Positions 30,110 to 43,939 of a stretch of 64,000 bases of DNA are shown here, one piece after another (positions within the stretch are counted from its first letter, which is position 1; every line of letters begins with the position of its first letter). The notes under the pieces were generated by a model. The model did no database searches. It had not been told where the DNA came from and saw only the letters and a list, made by a program, of their open reading frames with translations. A program made the position numbers and the translations under genes. Origin of the DNA: Eledone cirrhosa (taxonomy: Eukaryota); NCBI GenBank assembly GCA_964016885.1, contig OZ024751.1, forward strand, positions 8,432,001 to 8,496,000. The letters run 5' to 3'.

Positions 30110-31430
30110 ATTCAGTCATTGTCGGACCAAGACGGACGCGAGCTGAACGTTTCCAGGTAGATATGTGAGGCCTTTCGCCAACACTTTGCTCGGCTGTTTG
30201 TGGGGAATGCTGGGTCGGAGCGTTTGGTGGACTTCAGTCTCTCGGCGGCAGTGCTGATCGCTGCGAAAGGTAGATAACTTCAGCTGACATTCGCGATACC
30301 TTAGTCGGCTGCATGAGGCGCAGATCACCCGGTGTGTATCGGCTCTCTAGCCTTTACTGCAGAAGCTGGAGCTTTTGCTGTGCTCCCGCTCAAACCTGTA
30401 CGTGGTCGGGGGGTGCTGGCTTATGCGGACGACATAACCATGATATTGTCGAACATGCCGGAAATCGAGGTGGTTGGCACCCTCCTCCAAGAATATAAAA
30501 GGTTGACGGGCGGAAAACTAAGCCCGGTAAAGTCGTTGGGTTTGCACCTCGGCGCCAGGAGACGCAAGTCCGTGCCGTTCAACAGCATCGTCGGGCGTAG
30601 GATTGACGGACCGGTAAAGTTGCTCGGGGTTTAGTTTGGACCAGACGTCCAGTTGGATAAGAATAGGTACAAGGTTATGATTAGGGTGGCCACTTTCTGC
30701 CAGAAATAGACAGAGAGGAAGCTGTCTCTTAAAGGTCAGTTGGAAATGGAGAACTCGTGGCAAATGGAGCGCAAACATGCACAGAGTCTTCCGATATTCT
30801 GCCTTATAGATGAATAGGTGTGGTCACCGTTTGTGAGACAGGACTTTCGGCAGCTCGTCTGTTCGACTGAGCTCCAGTCCTGGTTCTTGAAGAGACGTAC
30901 AATGGGCAACATTACATATTCTTGGCACTCAATGCCGTCTACCAGGTGGGCAGTGAGGTCACTGGAACTTCCACTCGCTAGCTCTAGAGAGGATTAGTGG
31001 TGGACAAGCGCGATGACGCCCTCAGAGAGACTCTGAGCGTCGAACATGCGGGACTGTCCAGTCTGTTCCAGAGGACTTTCTAACAGAGGATTATGGATAC
31101 CGGGGAGCACTGCCAGTTAGATATAACCTATGTAAGCACAGAAATGGTGTCAGACGGACCTGTCCGAGATGCCCTTAGAACGGCGAAACCGTTCTGCACG
31201 CACTCGGCCAGTGTCCGTGCATTACTGACCTGTGTAGTTATGACCATGTGCATAGTGAAGATCAACACGCCGCTTTCCTTTGGCCAGGAAGGCCAGACAT
31301 ATTCTCCTGGGCGGTTATCCCCCCCTATTGTAATTTTGTTATTGCTACACGCTTTATATGTAAAGCCACACCGTTCCTGCTTGGTGTATTGTCCCCTTAA
31401 TGTTAGATCTTGTGGCCAATAAAGAAATTA
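30110..31430 (+). mobile_element. Degenerate L1/Tx1-clade LINE 3' portion
   Basis: GC-rich island; VLAYADDIT RT motif, EYKRLTGGKLSPVKS, VKLLGV*FG, ERKLSLKG; ends in AATAAAG followed by (ATT)n. Confidence 0.8.
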
Positions 31431-31646
31431 TTATTAATAATAGCAGCAGCACTAGTAGTGGCAGTAGTACTAGTAGTAGTAGTATTAGTAGTGTCTGCAG
31501 GCTTCTATTTCTAATAGCAATATCATAGCTACGAGTTTAGTTACAGAAGCAAGAAATATGACCACGAAACTGAAACTCTTACGAGATTACACACAATAAT
31601 TATGTTGAGATAGAAAAGTTTTAATGGATTATGCATTAAATTGTAT

Positions 31647-31800
31647 GCGGCGAATTGGCAGAATCATTTGAATGTTGGATAGAATGTTTGCGGTATTCGT
31701 TTCGGCTCTCTGCCTTCTGAGTTCACATCCCACTGAGTTCAACTTTGCCTTTCATCCTTTTGTGGTCGATAAAAAAGTACTAGTCAAATACTAAGGCCGA
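31647..31800 (+). mobile_element. tRNA-derived SINE (Nin-domain type, diverged)
   Basis: GAGTTCACATCCC, TTTGCCTTTCATCCTTTTGTGGTCGATAAAAAAGTAC. Confidence 0.75.
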
Positions 31801-31959
31801 TTTTTTTTCTTTTTCAATATCTTTTTCTCGCATTCTTTCTCTGTCATTTTCTATACTTCTCTGAAAGAAATTTGCTGTAATCAGATCTGGAGAAAAGACG
31901 GGTTTCGTCAGGTGTGAAAAATGCCCTATAAACGCTATCTGCCAATATGGCGCCCCTAC

Positions 31960-32560
31960 GACACCACCTGGAGTTACGGGACATTACGAAGAAGCTTTAA
32001 ATTATATATTCACTTGTAGATTTTACGGGTAAACCCAACTGGCAGGAGAGTCGGAAAAAGATAGTTGAATATCAATGAGGTTGGCTGGTCCCACTTGGAG
32101 ATCCAGCTGGATCTGTTAGAGACAGATGCTTCTGATAGGATACGCTGGAAGTAGTGCTTGAGAAGTCTGGTCTCAATCACGAGCCTTTCAAGAAGAAGAT
32201 CGGTTGGTCTTGCTCGGGGATCCAGCCCGATAAATTAAAATATGGACGTGTATTAAAGGACCCATTGGAAGCAGTGTCTGAAGACACAGCCACAACGCAT
32301 CTCTCAAGGTGAAGAAGAAGAAGAAGAAGAAGATGATGGTGATTAATGATTCAGATTTCACTATCATATAATTGCAAGTAAAAAAAAAATGTTTCATTAC
32401 ATCACGGGCCAGTTCCGAGACCGTGCAAAATATTTATAAAAGAAAAGTACGGAAGGCTAACAATTTCTTCTTCTTCTTCTTCTTCTTCTTCTTCTTCTTC
32501 TTCTTCTTCTTCTTGGTTGCGTTGTGGGAGGAGAGTCCTCAAGCACGCTTTACAGCGTGT
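31960..32560. mobile_element. Cluster of (GAA)n-tailed LINE 3' fragments (RTE-like)
   Basis: Repeated GCTGGTC..GGATCCAGC..CGCTGG motif ending in GAAGAAGAA; a homologue lies on the minus strand at 38590-38910. Confidence 0.45.
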
Positions 32561-33074
32561 CTTACCAAGTAGCAATTTAGCAACACATTTGGTGTACTTA
32601 GCACTGCAGTTCTTCAACTCAGAACAGCAGTTGTTGAGCGTCGTTATTCAGATGTTGAATTCAAATTAGGTATGCAGTTGTTGAAATCAATACTGCCCCA
32701 CAATGACGCACTTTTCATATATGAATCTCTAGAGCAACAGATATCATGTGCAGTGGGATGGCTAAATGCTTGTTTCGACTACCAATGAGTCCATATGTAG
32801 ATACAGGCTCAATAAAAAATATTTTCTATGGTACATATCGAGAAAAACCTCTAGCTATATGTCATGATGATCACCTATTTATTTACTGTATAGTGCATCA
32901 ACTATATTTCACACTCGATGAAGAAGCCGCATGTAGACATACAGCATACGGAAAATAATTAATATTATACTCAACTTCAAGTAATTCAACACCTGAGACT
33001 GCAAAGATATTTAACATACCGTAAATATATTTTTAAAATATATGTATATATTCATATATATATATATATATATA

Positions 33075-33125
<51 letters not shown>

Positions 33126-33637
33126 TTTACATCGAAATTGGGAAGCAAATGTAATGCAAAACAACAACAAAGCCGAAACCTTGGAAAATACTACCTTGGA
33201 AATTATTATGCTATAAATATCTCGTCACATTTATATGAGTTTAGTAAGAAGAAAAAAGTGTTTAGTTACAAATGTATGTAAAACACGTAGAATCGTGTGA
33301 AATAAAATGTTATCATCGGAACATCGGAAGTAAACAAAAAACCAAACAAACATTCTCATGCAAGGATGATTGTAATGTTTTTCTTTCATGGTGGCATGTG
33401 TTTCAGCTCTTCTCTTTTTTTTCTTTGTTATGATTATTTTTTTTTATTTTCATTTTAAGCAACGCCATACACTAAAACAGACACACAATCATCTCTCCCT
33501 CTCTCCCTCTCTCTCCCTCTCTCCCTCTCGCTCTCTCTCTCTCTCTGTCTGTGTCTCTTTCTTTCTTTCTTTCTCTCTCTCTCTCTGTCTCTCTTTCTTT
33601 CTTTCTATCTCGCTCTCTCTGTCTCTCTCTCTTTATT

Positions 33638-33668
<31 letters not shown>

Positions 33669-33677
33669 TTATATTTA

Positions 33678-33735
<58 letters not shown>

Positions 33736-33857
33736 TATATAGAGAGAGAGATAGAGAGATATACCTATATATAAAATATATATGTATATATAGATATATA
33801 TAATATATATATATATATATATTCAATAAAAAGTGCGTTTGTGAGAGGGAGAGAAAG

Positions 33858-33931
<74 letters not shown>

Positions 33932-34080
33932 AATGAAATTTCATTTTTTCATTTATATATATATATTAATATATATACTTACATGCATAAATATATATTC
34001 ATACATGTATAATTATATATACAAGCATGTATAAATATATATACATATATATTTATATATATATATATGTATATATTTAT

Positions 34081-34128
<48 letters not shown>

Positions 34129-34153
34129 AGTGTGTGTGTTTGTGTGTGTGTGT

Positions 34154-34223
<70 letters not shown>

Positions 34224-34688
34224 TGCATGATTGTGTGCACTACCACCACGACTGTGTGGCTGCGTGCATTATATCTGCGTATTATATACTTACACATATA
34301 ACATTCTTACAAAGCTGGTAATATATCGTTGATTTAATCTTTTGCTATTCAACTTTGTTGACATCCGTTTTCTGTTTTGTTTTCTGTTTTCACTTAATTT
34401 TCTAGTTAGAGAAAAACATCCCACTTTTCGTAAATATGCTTTATTTTCCATGTTTATCCTTTCATGTTTATTTTTATCTTTTCTCCTTCGGTGTTCTGTG
34501 TTTTTCGTTTTCGTCATTTGTTTTTTTTTTTTATTCTAAATAAAGGAATGAAAGAGAAAAAATCACCCTAACAGATACAATGTAAATATTTTGATATCAA
34601 GAAAGAAAACTTTTAAATGTCATCAATAATGAATTATAAAACGTTCACTGTTTTCATTTCGAAGAAAAAATAACTATTATTAATAACA

Positions 34689-34870
34689 AACCTGCCAAAC
34701 TCTAAAATCCCAAATGGGGAGTATCATGTAAAGAAAGTGCAAAAAGTGCCCCGAAACGGGGAGAAATAAGGCAGAATGTTGAGATTTTATGTAAGTTATG
34801 AAAGTTATATACATTTTCACAAGAGAAGACTTCTCCCGACCGGCGAGAGTTGCGGCGAGAGTTGACAGGC
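34689..34870. mobile_element. Short TIR element (hAT-like MITE)
   Basis: CCTGCCAAACTC ... GAGAGTTGACAGG imperfect TIRs with subterminal GGGAG/CTCCC motifs. Confidence 0.4.
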
Positions 34871-34994
34871 TCATGAATTTGGGAGGAGGGAATCAGTTGA
34901 TTATATAAGATCCAGTACTTGGCCGCTTCCCTATGACATCGAACACCCTCTACAAAGAGTTGCATGTATTTCATACAGCCATATTACTTAAAAT

Positions 34995-35270
34995 GTGAGG
35001 TCACATGTTCCAGTGGTATGGGTGTTGGATCGACGATAATAATGTCGTGTGTTCGAGTCCTGGGATTGGTTTTGTTTTGTTGTTCTTGAGCAAAACATAT
35101 TCATTTTTACATTGCTCTAGTATACTAAAATGAGTACCAGAAATAGATGGGGGTTTAACCCTGTGATGGAGTCGTATCTGTTGTACTGTTGTACTCTCCG
35201 TCGCTTCACGGAAAGAAACCAGGATAAGCACCGGCCTGATGTTCCTCCTTACTTGAGACAGACTTTAGGC
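34995..35270 (+). mobile_element. tRNA-derived SINE with Meta-type domain
   Basis: B box GTTCGAGTCC; CTTGAGCAAAAC; AACCCTGTGATGGA...CGCTTCA..AGAAACCAGGATAAGC.CCGGCCTGATG. Confidence 0.7.
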
Positions 35271-36806
35271 TTTAAATAGTATATGAAATGCATATTCTAG
35301 CGCTATAAAAATTGTAAGATCCATTTCTTAGAATCTGAAAACATGATGTATATGGCGTGAAACAACTGAAATAGATTAGAAGGCGTCAACAGGTTTTTCT
35401 TAAATTCTAATATCCTCCTAAACACAGAGGAGACAGTGCATATACAATATAGACAGTTCAGATAATATAAACAAGCAATCATATTTTATAAAGATTGATA
35501 AGTTTTTCCAACGCAATAAGAAAACAAAACTGAAGGCTCCAACCCATATACAAAGGCAAATCAACACATGAAATATGTAATACGAAAAGCCCGGAATAAC
35601 AAACGATAATCATATATATTAAAACCATCCGAATATTCATCCAGAACAAAAGCATATTTTTGACCTGGGATCAAATATATTCGTATAAAAAATAATACAA
35701 ATATCCAGTAAAAAACATAACAGAAATGTTATGTCAAATATTATTACTGACTAGAGCTAACCTAAATGCCAGGAATACATAAAATATTAACCACGTGCAA
35801 ACAGTTTTACAGAGAAATCATTTTGTGTATAAACATACACGAACGTTGATATGATGAAGAATCTACATACTGGGAAGTTATCACTACATTGAGTTGAAGC
35901 AAGCTGACCCTCTGAGATAAGTCAAATCCCACTAAAAATGGAAGAAAGCAAATATATAATAAAATATCGATGAAAAGAGAAGAACCAATGTTGTCAGAAA
36001 GAAATTGGAATGAAGAGGGTCTTATATGAAATGAAATTAAACAATATATTAAAATATAAAGCTAACAATAAATGCAGAGGGATCGATGCTGGAAGTGAAG
36101 GAAATATTAAATCAAGTAATCCTGGCTAGATATTATGGCTTAAAAAACATCAACTTACGCAAAGGTTGTTAAGTAATTTAAATAAAAACTAAACAATCAA
36201 ACCAAGACATCACTGTTATGTACAATATTACATTGTAAGATACAGCAATAAAATTATCTATTTATCTCTGCTATATTGAGTGCATTAACACACGAGATCA
36301 AAATTAGGTATTTCAATTTTGCATCTTTAAGTTATTTCCCTTTGTCATTCTTCGTTAGAATAGAAACGTTTAACACGTTATATTGCTTTCCCCGCAAAAG
36401 ATTGTTCCAACAAAATTTCAAACACGCATTCGATCTTTTGTGATGTCTGTAACGGTTGAGGACGCAGATCTTCCGCTAAACTTACCAAACAAACATAAAT
36501 TAAAGGAACTATTCATGAGAACATCGAGCAAAAACACACGAGCTAAAAGGGTTCACAATGGGAAAATTGAGAAATAATCTAAATGAACTACTAGTAGTAA
36601 AATATAGAGTGTAGGTACTGGGGTAGATCCAATTTTGCATCTTTAAGTTATTTCCCTTTGTTACACTACGTTTACATAAATATACATTTAACATGATATA
36701 TATCTGAACAGTATCTTTAAACTCGGCTAACCGACTGATAATTACGTCACAAACTAGATCACTTTTACAATCTGGGGTGAAAGTAAAGAATTGGCCTTGA
36801 TACCTG

Positions 36807-36942
<136 letters not shown>

Positions 36943-37087
36943 AACATTTATCGTACTGCCTCTCTGTTCTGTCCCTGTTCAAATTTTTCATTATATATAT
37001 ATATATATATATATATAGTACGTTATTCCGGGTTGAATCGGAGGTAACCACAGTAAGTAAGGTACTCAATACATTGCAGAGTATAAA

Positions 37088-37178
37088 AGTTTTAATATAG
37101 ATGATTAATAGAGATTCCTGATGATTTCTAAAGAATGAAACAGTTCTAGTCCTGTAGAATCTCATCTATATTAAAACT
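37088..37178 (+). ncRNA. Complete type-I hammerhead ribozyme with extended stem I
   Basis: GAGATTC-CTGATGA-TTTC taaa GAAT-GAAA-CAG ttctagtc CTG-TA-GAATCTC; extra 15-bp helix AGTTTTAATATAGAT / ATCTATATTAAAACT. Confidence 0.85.
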
Positions 37179-37225
37179 ATATATATATATATATATATGC
37201 ATATTTATATATATATATATATGCA

Positions 37226-37304
<79 letters not shown>

Positions 37305-37376
37305 GTATATATATATATATATTCATATATATATATATGGGGTGTTAGTGTGTGCGTGCATGTCTGTGCACATACA

Positions 37377-37458
<82 letters not shown>

Positions 37459-38440
37459 CACGACTTTTATCTTTACTCTTCACCAGGCTGGTTGTTCGTC
37501 TGGAAAATAATATCTTATCAGAAGAGCAGAAATGAATGACAGACAGAGAACTGTACATATAAATATCAGACATCGTTAAACTATGTATTTATTGAAGTTT
37601 AAAACATAACAGACAAATAATAAGTGTGGTTTCTATTGATTATTGGAAAACATTGAAGACGTCTGGTGTCCTTGGCCCCAGCACTACCCCACCTACTCAC
37701 CACCATAGGATCAGACCTGGCCAGTGGCCGGTGTGAGCTTTACTGGATGGAAAGGGTCTTCCAGCGCGTCTGCCTCATCTTCGGGGAAAACACCATCATA
37801 ATAGTGAGCGATGGCGAGAGCGGGGGTCGGAGGCAGTGATAGTGGGGGTTTGTGTCCATTATGTTCGGATCTAGTGAATATGTAAATACATACTTTCAAA
37901 TACACACTTTGACACTCTAAATTAGATATTTTCTCTACATTGAAAACTTCAATCTTAGCTATTATAAAACATCCTACATAACAATTGATTCCGATATTAT
38001 ATTATGATTCATACCATGTCATAATACATGACACCTACATACAAGCAAATCTCAGGAAAGTAATACAATTAGTCCTGTAGTAAATGAAGAAAACATTGCC
38101 TAGCTACATTACTAAATGTTCAAGTTCCTGTTTTAGTTATAATCTATAGAATCATGCCAGTAATGGTTGCAAATGTCATTAACACGTTCTTAATCATTTG
38201 CTTTCGAAAAACGAAAGTAAAAGAAGAGCCTAGTTGGCAAAACTGGTAAATTTGCTCAGGTTTTCAGCGACAATGTGTAAATGTATATGGAATGAGATAC
38301 TTGACCCAAAGATCTCCAGGGAAAATATTAATCGATAAAACAGTAAGTTCATTATAGATTCTGAAATTATAGAAATTACAACAGCACCACCGACACGAAT
38401 ATGCTGTCAAGGGGAAATGGCGGAAGATACTAGAATAGCA

Positions 38441-38490
<50 letters not shown>

Positions 38491-40409
38491 ACTATTGAAT
38501 TTAATATGTTCTTAAACTCCTCTTAAAACTCCTTCTTCTCTTTCTTCTTCTCCTTCTTCTTCTTCTTCTTCTTCTTGTCTTCTTCTTTTTCTTCTTCTTA
38601 TTATTATTCTTCTTCTTCTTCTCTCACTTATTTCTGAGTAGGTCGCGGGGGTAGAATCTTCAAATAATCCTCCCAGCGGGTCCTGTCAGAAAAAAGTAAT
38701 TTCATACAGATCAGGCTGGATCCTTGAGCAAGACCAGCCGAACTTATGGCTGTTATCTAAACGCCTTGCATGGGATCTGCACCTGGGTCTCAGAGCCACG
38801 CATTCTATCGAGTAAGCTTACTTAAAAAACCCTTCCGAGGTATCCCATTTAGGTCAGTTGTATTCACGGTCGTATTATTTCAGTCGTTACCCAATGTTCA
38901 TGATCATAGGTATAACTTAAATCAATATCCGGAATATGATAAGTATTAACAAGCAAGCCATCGCACACATAAGCTACATTTTCAATATAATGAATTAAAC
39001 AAGCCGATATGGTTAAAGGTGAATACCAGAAAACATCTAATGATATTCGAAATACTCTGAAGCCATTGGCTTAATACCGACTACTTAACTTTAATATAGG
39101 CGCAAAATATTTTACACAAACAGGACGGCTAATGGTTAGATGTGCTAGAATTTTGAGAAACAACTAAGCCCCTCACATTGGCTATATGTTCAAATGATGG
39201 AAATATGTTGAGCCACGGATTAGCCAGTTCTTATTACTGCAGTTCTTATAACCCCATATTGAAAAGAGAAACTGCTATTTACACTAGGTTTTGATCAAAT
39301 TAAATTCCTGTTATAGATTCACGGAATAACAACTATAAATAATTGTTATATTAATGACTAAACATCATACGCTTACTTGCCTTGTCCCTTTACATCCTTA
39401 GGTAAAATCTCACATTTATGTTGTTTGCTTTTCATCAATGGTCAAGTGCGACGATTTGATTCAATCGAGTAGAAATTTGCTATAATTTACAGACTTCTCT
39501 CCAAATTAGGTATCTTTATTGGAAATTGTCAAAAGGACAGGAATGACAAGTGATTGATTCAGAGATACTTAGATTCTACATGAACAATCATGTTTCCGCC
39601 AAGAAATATTCTCATTTATCAACATTTATGTTTCCTCACGTGCACAAACCCATATTGCAGAAATAAGCCCACTAGTTAATGTGCAACCAACCAATCAAGA
39701 ATATTTGCAATACTTTTACATGACTGTTAAATATAACACCTTCTTTTTCAATAAGAATTGTGCCGAAATAAAATAGGATAATTGCCTTGAAAATTGGTTC
39801 CGCCACGTCCATCGATTCCTAGCTAAAACAATTTGACTTTAGTTCAGTTTCCACTAGTATTCGCTAAGATACAAATATCACGTATCCGTCACGAAAAATA
39901 TCCGGCTTTACTTAACTGATGGTTAAAAGCGCTGATACCTTCTTGAGACTTTTGTAGTTAATTTGTATTTAATATTCACAAACATATTAATGTTACTCAT
40001 CTAACTTATGTGTACAGTAGCATTAAATTAGCATTGTTATTTAGCATTGTTAGCAAACGTAAACATGATCTATTATAAAAATACTGCTCCCTTTTTGGGT
40101 GGAGGGGTGGGGTGAGTTTGTATATTATCAAGCCAAACCAATTCAGTCTAATAAAACAGCTTTTTTTTTCCTTAATTTTATGTATTCTTTAAAGTATTCA
40201 CTCGCAAGTATCCATTTCAGGCAGTCTAACCATAGTTAGGCTTGCACGTAATACTAATATCAGTTTTACTGTACAAGAAATAGATTTTAGGAGTAATTCT
40301 TTCTCATATACATATATATTCAACAGGCCCGAACACAAAAGAACCAAACTCCCACTGTCATTCCTACGTTTCTCACACTCTCTCCATCTCTCAATATTGT
40401 GAACAAATG

Positions 40410-40520
40410 GGAGCCACATGCTGGTCGACATAATAGAGAAGGCATTTCCCAGGAAGATGGTGAGGTTGACGCGTTGGAATAGCCATTCCCGCACGCGAGG
40501 TTGGGGAAAGAATGACATCT
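40410..40520 (-). pseudogene. CRE-like LINE extreme C-terminus relic
   Basis: PRVREWLFQRVNLTIFLGNAFSIMST fits the W/FL.QR.S.AI.RGNA.SI terminal motif. Confidence 0.55.
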
Positions 40521-42166
40521 ATACTATTTACTAATATAGCGGTTGCATGTCAAACTCTCGCTAATCAGAGAAGTTTACAATCTGCGGCATTATTAATCAG
40601 TAGTCAAACATATGCGAAGAGAAATAGTTTCATTTCCGAATACTGTATTTCAGTCATGGTTAGAATATACAGTTGCATACGATAACATATAAATACCATC
40701 TGGATAATGTAATTTATATTTAAATTGGTGTATGAGGTTATCTCGAAGAAATAATATGATATATTTTATCAAAGCACATAGTTATGGCTTTCTAATACGT
40801 TTCTTAACTATTAAATCAATGTTTCTCTTAACTTACACATTATTTTAAATTCTAATTTTATAATAAACACTGACCTTATTTGTTATATGGATTCAGATAA
40901 GTTAATACTATTATATTAAATTACATAAATAAGAGAAACTGCTCAGAATATTTTGCAATATCGTTAGTAACTAAATCGCATCCACCAAATATCTTTAGTC
41001 GGGATGAGTAATCAGTTCAAAGATTCAGAAATATTGAACATTTATATTTATTATATAGTATATGTCTGTTTACATCTTTATTTCTTGTCTAATTGCCTCA
41101 CCCGACAAACACGTTTGAGGGAGATGTGATCGAGCTTTACCCCTTCAACTAAGGAAAACTGTTATTATCAGTTTTCTTATTGTCACACCTATGTGTTACA
41201 TCCTTTGTCACTTCCAATTACACAAACAGTCATTCCGTTAACACGGTCTTTAAATTCTACATCACATGCTAAACACGCATCGTCTACAAATAACCTAAGC
41301 AGATTCTCCTAGAACAAAATAATTTCTATGTAGTAGGCAATCTAAATCTATTTTGAATACAAAATCGGTATTGGCATCAACAGCAAAACACGAACACATC
41401 TGTAGTAAAAATAATAATGATACCAACAACGAAAAAAACAACAATATCAAAGGCAGCAGCAACAACACCACCGACATCAACAAAGGTAATAGCAATAATA
41501 CATCTGCCGTAGCCAGAACGAGTTCAGAGCCGAGAGCCAAAGAAAACTATACACATTAAATTTAATGATAGAAGACAATCTCTCATAGTTTCTCTATATA
41601 TGCTCACTCTTAAAAATTAGATATGGCATTTCCGTTTCAAGTATGTAGTTTATCATACTTGTATTACTATGTATAATTAACCCGATTTCCTTGATATTTC
41701 CAAAAATGTCTGTTAATATCTATATGTGAATATATCAATGTAAATAATGATTTGGTGTATCTCAAGCAACCTGTTTGTAATTATATAGATAACCCACCAC
41801 CTCACTACTGTAGTGTTGAAGGACTGCTACGAACTTTAGTTGACCACACCAATACCGCGCGCACAGGTGCCCATTTGTACGCACACGGTAAACAGCGAAG
41901 GTGACGCGTTGCGATTTCTCCGTCACAACTCTTTTCCCTCGGAAACCCCCCTGTTCATGGATGTGAAATCAGTAATATAATCGCTTCCAACTTAACCTTA
42001 TCTCTTGTCTGTTTCCGCCTTTTTACGTTATTTTAAGCTCACTACGTCTCTTTCTACGGTTTTTCCTACTTCGCTCTATTTCATCTCACAACCACCTGAT
42101 TTTCTGATTCTGTTACTCGGAGATGTACCCCTTGCATATTTGAGGCTTCCAAAACGTTATATATAT

Positions 42167-42358
42167 ATAACGGAGGAATTGTGGTAGGGAACCAGATGGA
42201 CCATAACGCACCAGAGTACTCAATACCTAGGGTAGTAGAGTGGGTAATAGGGGAAAGTATGACCCCCGACAGCAGAGCTCAAGCCGTTTCGGCGGCTATT
42301 TCTGTTCAAAAATACCCGTCGAAACGGCATGAGCTCTACCATCGGGGTCATACTTTCT

Positions 42359-42364
<6 letters not shown>
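42167..42364. mobile_element. Hairpin (MITE-like) element
   Basis: Family tail AACGGAGGAATTGTGGTAGGGAACCAGATGG plus hairpin; TA-flanked. Confidence 0.8.
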
Positions 42365-42429
<65 letters not shown>

Positions 42430-42471
42430 TTATATACATATATATATAATTATCAAGAAGATATATATATA

Positions 42472-43482
42472 TATCAAGAAGATAGTGGACCTGATATTAA
42501 TGCTCTACACCAACACCAAAGCCCAAGTCATTACACCTGATGGGATGACAGAGTTCTTTGAGATACTGGCTGGAGTGCTCCAGGGAGATACATTGGTTCC
42601 CTACCTGTTTATCATCGTAGTGGACTATTGTATGCGCCTTGCACTGGAGAAACACCAGGACTCTAGATTTACTGTAGCACCGGCTCCGAGCAGGAGAGTT
42701 AGGGCGAAAAAGGTATCGGATGCTGAATTTGCTGACGACATAGTTTTGGTGACAAATACAGTGAAAGAAGCAGAGGATTTGATGCGGGAGGTTGAGACTG
42801 TGTCGATGAGTGTGGGGCTGGGAATGAATGAGACTAAAACAAAATATCTGGTAGAGAATGTTGAGAAGTCAGAGGGGATCACTAATGTAGGCGGAAAGCC
42901 GCTGGAATTGGTTGAGGACTTCCTGTATTTGGGAGCAAAGATTGGGAATACGGAAGATGATGTGGTTGAGAGGAAGGACAAGGCCTGGGCGGCGTGTCAC
43001 AGCTTGAGATCGGTGTGGAAGACGGACCTTCGTAGAGACCTGAAGGTCCGCCTCTTCATTGCTGTAGTGGAGTCTGTGCTGCTGTATGGGTCTGAGACTT
43101 GGATACTGACCAAGAAATTCAATCAGATGGTGGATGGGTGCTACACGAGAATGCTGAGGATGGCTCTGAACATTAATCAGTATACACTGAGGATGAAAAA
43201 CTCAGAGCTATAGGGGAGCATCCCAAAAGTCAGCTCGAAAGTGACAGAGGAGACTGAGGTTAGCTGGATATGCTCACCGACATCCAGAGTTGACATTGCA
43301 CTCAGTGCCCCTTTGGGAGCCCCTACATGGACACACTAGAAGAGGAAGACCAAGGTTAACGTATGTTGATGCCTTAAGGACAGACACTGGTCTATTGGAG
43401 ACGCAGGACATGGTAGCGATAATGAGGGACAGAGACCGCTGGAGAGAACTCGTCCATGGATCTCGGGAATTTTACCCGCCTT

Positions 43483-43485
<3 letters not shown>
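42472..43485 (+). mobile_element. 5'-truncated RTE-clade LINE (RT pseudogene)
   Basis: GVLQGDTLVPYLFIIVVDY, FADDI, FLYLGA, VESVLLYGSETW; premature TAG at 43211 and a frameshift; both ends in (TA)n. Confidence 0.92.
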
Positions 43486-43547
<62 letters not shown>

Positions 43548-43643
43548 TATACATATATATATATATAAATTTATATATATATTATAATTATATATGAATT
43601 TATATATATATATATATATGTAAATAAATTTATATATATATAT

Positions 43644-43674
<31 letters not shown>

Positions 43675-43735
43675 ATATTTATAAATATATATTTTTATAT
43701 ATATATATATATACATTTATATATATATATACATT

Positions 43736-43838
<103 letters not shown>

Positions 43839-43939
43839 TTAGTTTTTGGGGTTGAAATACATATAGATATGTGTCTGTGTGTGTCGGACACACATACACA
43901 CATAAAAAAGCTGTTATGGCTGCCTGAATTTTCGGTCAG

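Noticed and set aside
37660-37905. GC-rich minus-strand ORF with splice-like sites
   Set aside because: All frames hit stops before the donor; more likely a repeat fragment, with a possibly decayed hammerhead (CCGAAGA..ACGCGCTGGAA)
42329-42471. N-terminus of the 294-aa ORF
   Set aside because: Read-through from a hairpin element and a TA tract into a 5'-truncated RTE; not a real start
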